Shown piece after piece: positions 1 through 13,800 of a stretch of 37,407 nt of DNA. A program made the position numbers and the translations under genes. The stretch is from Burkholderiaceae bacterium. Its GTDB lineage: Bacteria > Pseudomonadota > Gammaproteobacteria > Burkholderiales > Burkholderiaceae. Location of the stretch: positions 1 to 37,407 of the forward strand of contig CANHMJ010000001.1 of the NCBI GenBank assembly GCA_947461805.1, in the 5' to 3' direction. Under the pieces are notes generated by a model. The model was not told where the DNA came from, did no database searches, and worked only from the letters and a program-made list of their open reading frames with translations. How positions within the stretch are numbered: position 1 is the stretch's first letter; each line of letters begins with the position of its first letter.

Positions 1-7
1 CAAAATC

Positions 8-83
8 TGGCGTCCCCAGGGGGATTCGAACCCCCGTACTCACCGTGAAAGGGTGATGTCCTAGGCCTCTAGACGATGGGGAC
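8..83 (-). tRNA. tRNA-Glu (UUC)
   Basis: Reverse complement GTCCCCATCGTCTAGAGGCCTAGGACATCACCCTTTCACGGTGAGTACGGGGGTTCGAATCCCCCTGGGGACGCCA. It is 76 nt with a TTC anticodon, T-loop GTTCGAA and encoded CCA. Confidence 0.97.
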
Positions 84-123
84 CGTGGACTACCATTACT
101 ACATGTGCTGCCATTCTAAATGC

Positions 124-199
<76 letters not shown>

Positions 200-280
200 A
201 TAATCTCGCGTTGAAACTGCTACAACAACACAAGACATTTAAAACAATCCAAGATTTTAGCCTATTTTTGCGTACTCGCC

Positions 281-1696
281 CTATTTTTCGGTGGCAAGCA
301 CCCTCCTCAGGCGCTGCAGGGTTTCGGCCTTACCCAGGATAACCAAGACGGCATCGATTGCTGGGGTTTGGGTGGTGGCAAATAAGGCGTAGCGAACCGG
401 CATAGCCAAGGCTGGCATCTTCAATTCATGCTTTGCTAGAGCCGTCTTAAACGCTCCAGAAAACCCCTCTTTGCTGCCATCGCTGGCGTCAATTGCAAGA
501 ATCAAATCGGTCATTGCTGGACGAATATTGACTGGAATATTGGCATCGATTTCTTGCTGCGAAAAGGCCGGCGCCGGCAAATAAAACAGCTTAGCGCCAT
601 CGGCAATTTCCAGCAAGGTATTCGCGCGGTCTTTCAGGAGACCAACCACCTGAACAAAGTCAGGACCCTGTCCTGCTTCCGGAATAACAATCCCGCGCTC
701 GAGAGCAAATGGCTTGACCTTCTCAGCCAGTTTTGCCGCATCGCTGTGCTGAATGTAATGGTGATTAAGCCAAAGTAACTTTTCAGGGTTGTGCTGTGCT
801 GGCGAGCGTCCTAAATGATCCAAATCAAACCAGCCCACAAATTGATCCCGAGTGAAGACTTCAGCATCGCCATGAGCCCAGCCCAAGCGCGCTAAATAAT
901 TCAGAATGGCTTCAGGCAAATACCCTTCACGCTGGTAATCGCGCACACTCATGGCGCCATTGCGCTTACTCATCTTTTCACCTTCCTCATTGAGGACAGT
1001 TGGCAGATGGGCATAAATCGGCGGCGTGCCACCCAAAGCGCGCATGATATTAATTTGACGGGGGGTGTTATTGACATGATCGTCACCCCGAATCACATGG
1101 GTGATCTTCATATCAATATCGTCCACTACGACGCAAAAGTTATACGTCGGTGTGCCATCGGGTCTGGCAATAACAAGATCATCGAGTTCGTCATTGCTGA
1201 TTTCAATTTGGCCTTTAACCGCATCTTGCCAAATGACAGAGCCACCAATTGGATTTTTAAAGCGAATCACCGGCAATACGCCTTCCGGTACAGGTGGCAA
1301 GACTTTGCCAGGCTCTGGTCGCCACAGGCCGTTATAGCGCGGCTTCTCTTTATTAGCCATTTGCTGATCGCGCAAGGCATTGAGTTCCGCTTCACTCATA
1401 TAGCAAGGGTATGCGAGGCCTGATTTCAGCATCTCTGCAATCACTTCACGGTAGCGATCCATGTGCTGCATTTGATAGATTGGGCCTTCATCGATATCAA
1501 GGCCAAGCCAAGCCATCCCGTCGATGATTACATCCACTGCCTCTTGGGATGAGCGCTCAAGGTCGGTATCTTCAATGCGCAGAATAAAAGCACCGCCATG
1601 GTGGCGCGCAAACGCCCATGGATACAGTGCGCTACGCAGGTTGCCAAGGTGGATAAAGCCAGTCGGACTAGGAGCAAATCGGGTACGTATAGACAT
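281..1696 (-). CDS. gltX: Glutamate--tRNA ligase
   Basis: N-terminal [10 protein letters not shown] with HIGH-like [20 protein letters not shown] and KMSKR motifs; 471 aa; lies next to tRNA-Ala and tRNA-Glu. Confidence 0.97.
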   Translation of the reverse strand: MSIRTRFAPSPTGFIHLGNLRSALYPWAFARHHGGAFILRIEDTDLERSSQEAVDVIIDGMAWLGLDIDEGPIYQMQHMDRYREVIAEMLKSGLAYPCYMSEAELNALRDQQMANKEKPRYNGLWRPEPGKVLPPVPEGVLPVIRFKNPIGGSVIWQDAVKGQIEISNDELDDLVIARPDGTPTYNFCVVVDDIDMKITHVIRGDDHVNNTPRQINIMRALGGTPPIYAHLPTVLNEEGEKMSKRNGAMSVRDYQREGYLPEAILNYLARLGWAHGDAEVFTRDQFVGWFDLDHLGRSPAQHNPEKLLWLNHHYIQHSDAAKLAEKVKPFALERGIVIPEAGQGPDFVQVVGLLKDRANTLLEIADGAKLFYLPAPAFSQQEIDANIPVNIRPAMTDLILAIDASDGSKEGFSGAFKTALAKHELKMPALAMPVRYALFATTQTPAIDAVLVILGKAETLQRLRRVLATEK

Positions 1697-1703
1697 AGCC
1701 AGT

Positions 1704-1732
1704 ATTATCTCAGGTCAAGCAAATCAAGGCAA
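1704..1732 (-). promoter_or_regulatory. Putative sigma70 promoter of gltX (leaderless configuration)
   Basis: Minus strand TTGCCT (1732-1727), 17-nt spacer ending in TGn, GATAAT (1709-1704), then 7 nt to the ATG. No Shine-Dalgarno in that gap. Confidence 0.55.
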
Positions 1733-1752
1733 AACCAAGGATACTTTGGACC

Positions 1753-2718
1753 ATGAATGAATTACTTGTCTTTGTATGTGATGGCGCTCCTGTCCGCGGC
1801 GAAATTGTGTCGATTAGCACTGCATGGCAGTCGGTATTGGAGCGGCGCGATGACCCCCTTGTTATTCGTCAGATTCTGGGGGATTTTGTCGCCGCCGCGA
1901 CTTTACTCAGTGCTAGCCTTAAATTTGATGGCACCTTGATTATTCAGGCGCAAAGCAAGGGCCCGATTTCTCTTTTGGTAGTCGAATGCAGCTCGAACCT
2001 CACCATGCGTGCCACGGTTAAGTTATCGGTAGAGTCTTCCGAGATAGACCCGAACGCCACGCTAGCCGATTTGCTGGATGCCGCCAATACTGGCCGCCTT
2101 GTCATTACCTTAGATCCAAGTGACCGCCAGCCTGGACAGCCGCCCTATCAAGGCATCGTTGCTCTACAACAAGACCAAAATGGCATTGCTGTTCCTGTAA
2201 AAAATGCAGCCGAAGCCATCATGCTTTATATGCGCCATTCGGAACAATTGGAAACCCGCATCTGGCTCGCCTGCAATGAACACGTGGTGGGTGGCTTACT
2301 GTTGCAACGCTTGCCCAATTCTGGCGGGCATTTACACCTCGACTCGCAAACTGCAGCGGAAGGCTGGAGTCGCATTCAAGCCTTGGGGGAAACTATTACC
2401 AATGACGAGTTGCTGCAACTCAGTCCCGAGACCACGCTGCGTAGGCTCTTTTTAAACGAATCAAGCGAAGCTGGGGTGCGGGCCTTTCCAACAAGACCAG
2501 TCCAATTCGCCTGCCGCTGTTCGCGCCAAAAGGTGGCCGATGTCTTGCGCATGTTAGGTGAGGAGGAAGTCAATGGCATTCTCGCCGAACAAGGTGCCGT
2601 TGAAACGGGGTGTGAATTTTGCGGCAAGAGCTATCGATTTGATGCGGTGGACTGCATTCAGGTATTCAAAACCGACTTGTTAACCGATGCGACTCGGCCG
2701 CCATCGGGAGGGCATTAA
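1753..2718 (+). CDS. hslO: Hsp33 redox-regulated chaperone
   Basis: LKFDGTLIIQ, YQGIV, SEQLET and GGLLLQRLP motifs, plus the C-terminal zinc switch CRC...CEFC. Confidence 0.95.
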   Translation: MNELLVFVCDGAPVRGEIVSISTAWQSVLERRDDPLVIRQILGDFVAAATLLSASLKFDGTLIIQAQSKGPISLLVVECSSNLTMRATVKLSVESSEIDPNATLADLLDAANTGRLVITLDPSDRQPGQPPYQGIVALQQDQNGIAVPVKNAAEAIMLYMRHSEQLETRIWLACNEHVVGGLLLQRLPNSGGHLHLDSQTAAEGWSRIQALGETITNDELLQLSPETTLRRLFLNESSEAGVRAFPTRPVQFACRCSRQKVADVLRMLGEEEVNGILAEQGAVETGCEFCGKSYRFDAVDCIQVFKTDLLTDATRPPSGGH

Positions 2719-2732
2719 GAGGCCAAGCCCAC

Positions 2733-3065
2733 TTACTGCGGCTTTTGCGACTCTTTAGCGAGTCCATCCTGCTTTGCTTGCGCTACTGATTTATCGCTTG
2801 GCAGAATTTGCACAAAGTACTCGCCCGATTTGAGCATGCCGTGTTCTGCCCGGGCACGTTCTTCAATGGCACGCGTGCCGGATTTCAAATCATTGACATC
2901 GCCCGCTAGTTTTGTATTACGCAGAGCAAGGGCCTGGTTCAACTCTTTTTGATCCTTAAGTTGCTGTTCCATTTCGTAGACCTTGAACCAACCACCCTTC
3001 CCTAACCAGAGCGGGTATTGGATTGCGATCAGCAAACCAAACATGGAATAAATAATGAGTCGCAT
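2733..3065 (-). CDS. ftsB: Cell division protein FtsB
   Basis: TM segment followed by QYPLWLGKGGW, a coiled coil and AIEERAR...GM; sits downstream of eno as is typical. Confidence 0.95.
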   Translation of the reverse strand: MRLIIYSMFGLLIAIQYPLWLGKGGWFKVYEMEQQLKDQKELNQALALRNTKLAGDVNDLKSGTRAIEERARAEHGMLKSGEYFVQILPSDKSVAQAKQDGLAKESQKPQ

Positions 3066-3084
3066 AACCTTGGAGAGTTGACTT

Positions 3085-6915
<3,831 letters not shown>

Positions 6916-6918
6916 CTA

Positions 6919-6946
6919 ATTATACCGATACCTTGATCAGAATCAA
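6919..6946 (-). promoter_or_regulatory. Putative sigma70 promoter of pyrG-kdsA-eno-ftsB
   Basis: Minus strand TTGATT (6946-6941), 16-nt spacer, perfect TATAAT (6924-6919), 27 nt upstream of the pyrG ATG. Confidence 0.6.
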
Positions 6947-7023
6947 AAATTTGGGCCCGGCAGTAAAATGACGGTTTAAAGACAAATCCCCATTTATCCC
7001 AAGGGGATAGAGAGTATGCAGTC

Positions 7024-7212
7024 ATGCGCTTTGTATTTGCCCTTTTAATTACCATTCTGTCTCTGTTCTATTTTTTACCCTTTGCGATTGCGTTTTATAA
7101 AAAACGAATCAATACTGGCGCCATTTTTGCCCTCAATCTGTTTTTGGGCTGGTCTTTAATTGGGTGGGTGATTGCCCTGGTTTGGGCTCTGAAGGCTGAA
7201 CATACCCTTTAA
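7024..7212 (+). CDS. Superinfection immunity protein (T4 Imm-like family), small membrane protein
   Basis: 62-aa hydrophobic ORF carrying the family pattern YFLP..IA...(K/R)..N..AI..LNLFLGW(S/T)LIGWV.ALVWA. It fills the pyrG-acnB gap and is followed by a hairpin. Confidence 0.88.
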   Translation: MRFVFALLITILSLFYFLPFAIAFYKKRINTGAIFALNLFLGWSLIGWVIALVWALKAEHTL

Positions 7213-7224
7213 GGTCTTTTGGAC

Positions 7225-7264
7225 ATTAAATCGACTTATTTAGGTCGATTTAATAGCGTTTTTT
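7225..7264 (+). terminator. Hairpin downstream of the imm-like gene (probable intrinsic terminator)
   Basis: Perfect 11-bp inverted repeat ATTAAATCGAC (7225-7235) / GTCGATTTAAT (7244-7254), with a T6 run at 7259-7264. The stem is AT-rich and the T-run is offset by 4 nt, so it could be an operator instead. Confidence 0.5.
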
Positions 7265-7274
7265 ACAAATTTTA

Positions 7275-7304
7275 TTGTCCATAAACGAGCCAAAACATTA
7301 CAAT
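7275..7304 (+). promoter_or_regulatory. Putative sigma70 promoter of acnB
   Basis: TTGTCC (7275-7280), 18-nt spacer, TACAAT (7299-7304). This predicts a 5' UTR of about 70 nt. Confidence 0.55.
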
Positions 7305-7381
7305 TGACTGGATCGAGGTCAAGCTCCTTGCCGATCTCGCATTGCCATTTGATTGACAACCCCTTATTCATAGGAAACGCG

Positions 7382-9967
7382 ATGTTAGAAGCTTACAACG
7401 CCCATGTTGCAGAACGCGCAGCACTTGGCATCCCTGCCCTGCCCTTAACCAAAGATCAGACTGCTGAGCTGATTGGTTTGCTAAAAAATCCTCCGAAAGG
7501 CAAAGAGGCCGAGCTGGTTGATTTAATAAGCTACCGCGTTCCCGCTGGCGTAGATGAGGCCGCTAAAGTAAAAGCCGAATTTTTAGCCGCAGTTGCCAAG
7601 GGGGCCGATAAATCCCCTTTGATTTCCCGTATTAAAGCGACTGAATTACTAGGCACCATGCTAGGCGGCTATAACATTGCCCCACTGGTTGAATTATTAG
7701 CCGATGCAGAGTGCGCCGCCGCCGCTGCTGAGGCGCTCAAGAAAACCCTCTTGATGTTTGATTACTTTAATGACGTTCAAGAGATGGCAGAGAAAGGCAA
7801 CGCCCATGCAAAAGCGGTAATGCAAAGCTGGGCCGATGCGGAATGGTTTACGAGCCGCCCGGCTGTTCCAGAGAGCATGACCTTGACCGTGTTTAAAGTC
7901 ACCGGCGAGACTAATACCGACGACCTTTCTCCTGCGCCTGATGCGTGGAGTCGCCCTGATATTCCACTGCATGCCACCGTCATGCTAAAAAATCCCCGTA
8001 CTGGTATTGAGCCTGATGAAACTGGCGTGCGCGGGCCCATGAAGCAAATTGAGCTGCTGCAGAAAAAAGGCCATCAAATTGCCTACGTTGGCGATGTGGT
8101 TGGTACAGGATCTTCACGCAAGTCTGCAACCAACTCGGTACTCTGGTGGACCGGTCAAGATATTCCCTTTGTACCCAATAAGCGCTTTGGCGGCGTTTGC
8201 CTTGGTACCAAGATTGCCCCTATCTTCTTTAACACCATGGAAGATGCTGGCGCATTGCCAATCGAGCTCGATGTCGATCAAATGAATATGGGCGATGTAA
8301 TTGAGTTGCGCCCTTACGAAGGTAAGGCATTTAAAAACGGTACCGAGATTGCTGCATTCTCACTCAAGTCGCCCGTGATCTTGGATGAGGTGCGTGCCGG
8401 TGGCCGCATTCCGCTGATCGTTGGTCGTGGACTGACTGCGAAGGCACGCGCTGCCTTAGGCTTACCAGCATCAACGGAGTTCCGTTTACCGATTAGTCCG
8501 CCTGACAATAAAAAAGGCTTCAGCTTGGCACAAAAAATGGTGGGTCGCGCGTGTGGCTTGCCAGAAGGCCAAGGAGTTCGGCCTGGCACCTACTGCGAAC
8601 CGCACATGACTACCGTTGGCTCACAAGACACCACCGGTCCAATGACCCGCGATGAGCTGAAAGATTTAGCTTGCCTTGGTTTTTCAACCGATCTCATGAT
8701 GCAGTCTTTCTGCCATACCTCGGCTTATCCCAAGCCAGTCGATATTCGTACCCACCATGAGTTGCCGGCCTTCATGACCAATCGCGGCGGCGTTTCTTTG
8801 CGTCCAGGCGATGGCGTGATTCATAGCTGGCTCAATCGCCTTTTGCTCCCCGATACATGCGGTACTGGCGGCGACAGCCATACCCGCTTCCCCATTGGCA
8901 TTTCCTTCCCAGCTGGTTCGGGTTTAGTTGCCTTTGCTGCGGCGACTGGCGTCATGCCATTAGACATGCCTGAATCCGTCCTCATTCGGTTCAAAGGCAA
9001 TATGCAGCCTGGGATCACGCTGCGTGACTTAGTCAACGCCATCCCTTTGTATGCCATTAAGCGCGGTTTACTCACGGTTGCAAAGCAAGGCAAGAAGAAT
9101 ATTTTCTCAGGCCGCATTTTAGAGATCGAAGGCTTGCCTGATCTCAAAGTAGAGCAAGCATTTGAATTGTCAGACGCTTCTGCAGAGCGTTCCGCTGGTG
9201 GATGTACTGTGCACCTGAATAAAGAGCCGATTATTGAGTACATGCGCTCCAACATCACTTTGATGAAGTGGATGATTGCCAATGGCTACGAGGATGCGCG
9301 CACCTTAGGTCGTCGTATTAAGGCCATGGAAGCCTGGATCGCCAATCCGCAGTTACTCAAGGCGGATGCCAATGCCGACTATGCCGAGATTATTGAAATC
9401 GACATCAACGAAATCAAAGAACCAATTTTGGCCTGCCCAAATGATCCAGACGATGTGAAATTCCTCTCTGAAGTATCGGGAACCAAAATCGATGAAGTCT
9501 TTATTGGATCCTGCATGACTAATATTGGCCACTTCCGCGCTGCTGGCAAAGTACTTGAGGGTAAAACCGATATCCCAACCCGTCTTTGGATTGCGCCACC
9601 AACCAAGATGGATGCAATGGTTCTCACCGAAGAAGGTTATTACGGGATTCTCGGACGCACGGGCGCTCGCATGGAAGCGCCAGGCTGTTCCCTGTGCATG
9701 GGCAATCAAGCATCGATGCGTAAAGGCGCTACCGCCGTTTCGACCTCAACTCGTAACTTCCCTAATCGCTTAGGTATTGATACGAATGTCTTCTTGGCCT
9801 CCGCAGAACTCTCTGCAGTGGCAGCGTTACTGGGGCGCATTCCGACAATGCAAGAGTACCTCGATCAGTTAGGTTCGCTCAATGCGAAAGCCAGTGAGGT
9901 ATACCGTTATATGAACTTTGACAAGATCAAGTCCTTTAGTGATGTAGCAGATACCGTCACGGTATAG
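7382..9967 (+). CDS. acnB: Aconitate hydratase B / 2-methylisocitrate dehydratase
   Basis: AcnB N-terminus [43 protein letters not shown] and [4Fe-4S] ligands IGSCMTN and GCSLCMGNQ. Start moved from 7304 to ATG 7382, which has AGGA upstream. Confidence 0.97.
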   Translation: MLEAYNAHVAERAALGIPALPLTKDQTAELIGLLKNPPKGKEAELVDLISYRVPAGVDEAAKVKAEFLAAVAKGADKSPLISRIKATELLGTMLGGYNIAPLVELLADAECAAAAAEALKKTLLMFDYFNDVQEMAEKGNAHAKAVMQSWADAEWFTSRPAVPESMTLTVFKVTGETNTDDLSPAPDAWSRPDIPLHATVMLKNPRTGIEPDETGVRGPMKQIELLQKKGHQIAYVGDVVGTGSSRKSATNSVLWWTGQDIPFVPNKRFGGVCLGTKIAPIFFNTMEDAGALPIELDVDQMNMGDVIELRPYEGKAFKNGTEIAAFSLKSPVILDEVRAGGRIPLIVGRGLTAKARAALGLPASTEFRLPISPPDNKKGFSLAQKMVGRACGLPEGQGVRPGTYCEPHMTTVGSQDTTGPMTRDELKDLACLGFSTDLMMQSFCHTSAYPKPVDIRTHHELPAFMTNRGGVSLRPGDGVIHSWLNRLLLPDTCGTGGDSHTRFPIGISFPAGSGLVAFAAATGVMPLDMPESVLIRFKGNMQPGITLRDLVNAIPLYAIKRGLLTVAKQGKKNIFSGRILEIEGLPDLKVEQAFELSDASAERSAGGCTVHLNKEPIIEYMRSNITLMKWMIANGYEDARTLGRRIKAMEAWIANPQLLKADANADYAEIIEIDINEIKEPILACPNDPDDVKFLSEVSGTKIDEVFIGSCMTNIGHFRAAGKVLEGKTDIPTRLWIAPPTKMDAMVLTEEGYYGILGRTGARMEAPGCSLCMGNQASMRKGATAVSTSTRNFPNRLGIDTNVFLASAELSAVAALLGRIPTMQEYLDQLGSLNAKASEVYRYMNFDKIKSFSDVADTVTV

Positions 9968-10007
9968 GCGAAGCAATTCACAACAGTAGCTAGCAGTTCA
10001 TTACTTG

Positions 10008-10039
10008 AAATAAGGGGATCATGGATCCCCTTATTTTTT
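10008..10039. terminator. Intrinsic terminator between the convergent acnB and methyltransferase genes (probably bidirectional)
   Basis: 13-bp perfect inverted repeat AAATAAGGGGATC-atg-GATCCCCTTATTT, followed by a T-run on + and preceded by A's. Confidence 0.85.
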
Positions 10040-10066
10040 ACCCAAGGCGAATTGACTCACCTGGCC

Positions 10067-10828
10067 TTAAATATTGAGGGCGTTTTCTTGTCTGGCATTG
10101 GCATGCCGCAAGCCAGAAGCCCACGATGCTGTCTCTAAGCCAGTTTTTTCTTGAATCAATTTGGCTCGCTTGGCGATGTCAGTCCACTCTACGCACAAGG
10201 GCGGCCCCTTAAAAGCCATTGCCACCACATTGCAGTCGTGTGATTCCGGGAAAAGCAATACACGGTCGCCAAAAGCTTCGCAGATATTATTTAGATTGAT
10301 ATCAAAGCTCTTATGCCGAGAAAATAGATTGACCGTTAACACGCCAGGCGACTTCAGTAAGTCATAACAGCCGGTGTAAAAGTCAAGCGAGCTAGCCGAG
10401 GGACCGTCGCAGATGGCATCGTACAGATCGACTTGGAGAGCATCAAAGTGATTGTGAAATCGCCCATCATGAACAAATGCATGCGCATCGATTTGCATGG
10501 TTTTGAGACGCCGATCATCATCGGGCGTAAAAAACATGCTGCGCGCAGCAATAATGACAGCCGGATTGACTTCCACTACGGTATTTTTAACAGCCGGGCA
10601 ATGCAGGTGGGTAAATTTAGTCAGCGCGCCAGTACCTAAACCCAGTTGAGCAACCTGCATTCCGGGATTGCTCTGCAGAAACAAAAGCCAAGCCATCATT
10701 TGCTGGTTGTATTCAAGGTAAATGGCATTGGGGTCACGGATGCGCATCGCCCCTTGAATTAACTCCGTTCCAAAATGCAAATAGCGAATGCCACCCGATT
10801 CAGAAAAGGTCACCGGCTCCATCAGCAT
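10067..10828 (-). CDS. Spermidine-synthase-like class I SAM-dependent enzyme (function uncertain)
   Basis: RYLHFG...QGAM, LEYNQQMM, glycine motif LGLGTGAL, VVEVNP and VDLYD. Real start is probably ATG 10828 or 10822, because the ORF-track start lies inside purL. Confidence 0.8.
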   Translation of the reverse strand: MLMEPVTFSESGGIRYLHFGTELIQGAMRIRDPNAIYLEYNQQMMAWLLFLQSNPGMQVAQLGLGTGALTKFTHLHCPAVKNTVVEVNPAVIIAARSMFFTPDDDRRLKTMQIDAHAFVHDGRFHNHFDALQVDLYDAICDGPSASSLDFYTGCYDLLKSPGVLTVNLFSRHKSFDINLNNICEAFGDRVLLFPESHDCNVVAMAFKGPPLCVEWTDIAKRAKLIQEKTGLETASWASGLRHANARQENALNI

Positions 10829-10844
10829 GGCATCGATGCTTTCA

Positions 10845-13800
10845 TTACCCCACCCAGCGACGGGCGTTACGGAATAAGCGCATCCATGGACTTGCCCCAT
10901 CGGGGGTTTGCAGCCAATCGCTTGGTGCCCAACTCATCTGTGCCGTGCGGAACACGCGCTCAGGATGAGGCATCATTACAGTGAAGCGTCCGTCTAGCGT
11001 TGTAACACCAGTTAAGCCACCCGGAGAACCATTGGGGTTCATCGGGTACGTCTCGGTTGGATTACCGCGGTGATCCACAAAACGCAAGGCAGTCAAGCCG
11101 CTTGCTTGCAATTTTTCTAAATTGCCTTGCAGACCAAAGTTGGCAAAGCCTTCGCCATGCGCAATCGCAATTGGAATCCGACTGCCTTCCATGCCTTGGA
11201 GCAGAATAGATGGCGACTTGACAACCTCTGCCATCACGAGCCGAGCTTCGTATTGCTCGGATTGGTTGCGAGTGAACTTAGGCCATGCATCGGCTCCTGG
11301 AATAATCCCGGCAAGATTACTCATCATCTGGCAGCCGTTACAGACGCCCAGAGCAAAGCTATCCGAGCGATTAAAGAAGGTGGAAAATTGTTCACGCAAT
11401 TGCGCATTAAACAAAATGGTTTTAGCCCAGCCCTCGCCTGCACCGAGAACATCACCGTAACTGAATCCGCCACAGGCAACAAGACCCCGGAAGTTCTCTA
11501 AGCGCACCTTACCGGCGATGAGGTCTGACATATGAACATCGTACGCATCAAACCCAGCCCAATCCATGGCATAGGCCATTTCAACATGGGAATTAACTCC
11601 CTGCTCGCGCAAAATCGCCATTTTGGGGCGAGCGCCTTTATTAACAAATGGGGCAGAGACATCATCCGCCGCATCAAATGTTAGCGTTGGCACAAGGCCT
11701 GGATCATCGATGTCTTCGAGTAAGGCATATTCACTATCGGCACAGGACGGGTTATCGCGCAGACGAGCGATTTGCCAGCTGGTGCTTTGCCATACCTTGT
11801 GCAAGACTTCTCGCGGCTCTGCATAGATGCTTTTGGCATCACGCCAAATCTCAATTCGGCCCGTCGTATTGGGTTTGCCAATGACATGGCTGCAGGCACT
11901 TAATCCGTGGTTACGCAATACTGCAAATACGGCATCCCGATCAGCACGCCGCACCTGAATGACTGCACCCAGCTCTTCGTTAAAGAGCGCTCGAATCGTC
12001 TGCTCATGACGGCGACCGGACACTTGCTGCGCCCAATTTTTTGCATCTCCATAATCGGGCTCTTGAGTTAAGTCGACTGCAATCATATCCACATTGATAG
12101 AAATGCCGCAGTGGGAAGCAAAGGCCATCTCAGCAATGGTTGCGAGCAGTCCGCCATCCGAACGGTCATGGTAGGCCAAGAGCTGACCCGCAGCGCGCAA
12201 TGCCATGATTACACTTGCCAGTGCCTTGAGGTCATTCGGATTGTCTAGATCCGGCGCTGTTTTGCCGGATTGATTTAGAACTTGGGCCAGTATGCTGCCG
12301 GCCATGCGATTTTTACTGCGACCCAAGTCAATCAGAATGAGTTCGGTGTCAAGTGGCTGACCATGATCTTCACGTTGCAAAAGCGGTGTGCTAGTTTTGC
12401 GTGCATCCCTTACCTGCGCAAATGCCGAGATCACCAAGGAGACAGGTGAAATCACCATTTTGGTGGCGTCACCATCGCGCCACTCCGTAGCCATCGATAA
12501 GGAGTCCTTACCTACCGGAATGGCTATGCCGAGTGCTGGACACAGTTCCATGCCGACTGCTTTGACCGAGTCAAAGAGCTTGGCATCTTCACCCGGCTTG
12601 CCGCAAGCCGCCATCCAGTTTGCCGATAACTTCACGGTATCAAGTCCATCAATATCAGCTGCCAACAAATTGGTAATGGCTTCGCCGACCGCCATGCGGG
12701 CCGCTGCGGGCGCATCGATGACGGCGATGGGGGTACGTTCACCCATCGACATGGCTTCGCCGCGGTAGCCAACATAATCCATCAGTGTCACAGCGCAATC
12801 GGCAACCGGAACTTGCCATGGTCCAACCAGTTGGTCGCGTGCATTTAGTCCGCCAACCGTCCGATCACCAATGGTGATCAAAAATAATTTACTCGCTACG
12901 GTCGGCTGTTGCAAAACCCATGCAATGCATTCATCCAACTTGGCATCGCTGACATCAAGCTCAGCAAATTGCTGTTCAAGGTGCGCAACATCGCGGTGCA
13001 TTTTTGGTGGCTTACCGAGCAATACGTCCATCGGCATATCAATTGGAAATGCAGAATCAGAAGCGCCATTTACCTTGGAATCGCTTAAGCGTAGCTGACG
13101 CTCGGTCGTTGCATGTCCTACGGCTGAGATAGGACAACGCTCACGCGCGCACAGAGCAGTAAGCATCTCTAAATGCCCAGCATCAATGGCTAATACATAG
13201 CGCTCTTGCGATTCGTTGCACCAAATCTCTGCAGGACTCATCCCGCTTTCTTCCAGCATGATGCTGCGCAATTGAAAGTCGGCGCCCAGTCCAGCGCCAT
13301 CGGCTAGTTCTGGAAAAGCGTTTGATAAACCGCCAGCACCAACGTCGTGAATTGAAATAATGGGATTCGCTTCGCCCATAGCACGGCAGGCATTAATCAC
13401 TTCTTGCGCACGGCGTTCGATTTCAGGGTTACCGCGCTGCACTGAATTGAAATCCAAATCAGCGGCATTGCTGCCCGTTGCCATGGAACTAGCTGTGCCA
13501 CCGCCCATCCCAATGCGCATACCGGGGCCACCCAACTGAACCAGCAAATGCCCTGCTTTAATTTCTTTTTTTGCAGTATGGATTGCATCAATATTGCCAA
13601 TGCCACCGGCAATCATGATGGGCTTGTGATAACCGTGGCGCACGCCATTGATGGTTTGCTCAAATACCCGAAAATACCCACCCAGAATCGGGCGCCCGAA
13701 TTCATTATTAAATGCAGCTCCGCCCAGTGGGCCGTCGATCATAATTTGCAGGGGTGAGGCAATGCGGTCTGGCTTGCCGTAGTAAGGTGCCTCCCACGGC

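Noticed and set aside
7304-7381. 26-aa N-terminal extension of AcnB in the ORF track
   Set aside because: The TTG overlaps the predicted -10 box. The family N-terminus and an RBS fit ATG 7382.
10829-10900. Methyltransferase ORF overlapping the purL 3' end by 56 bp
   Set aside because: This is an open-frame extension only; family-like sequence starts at MLMEP after the purL stop.
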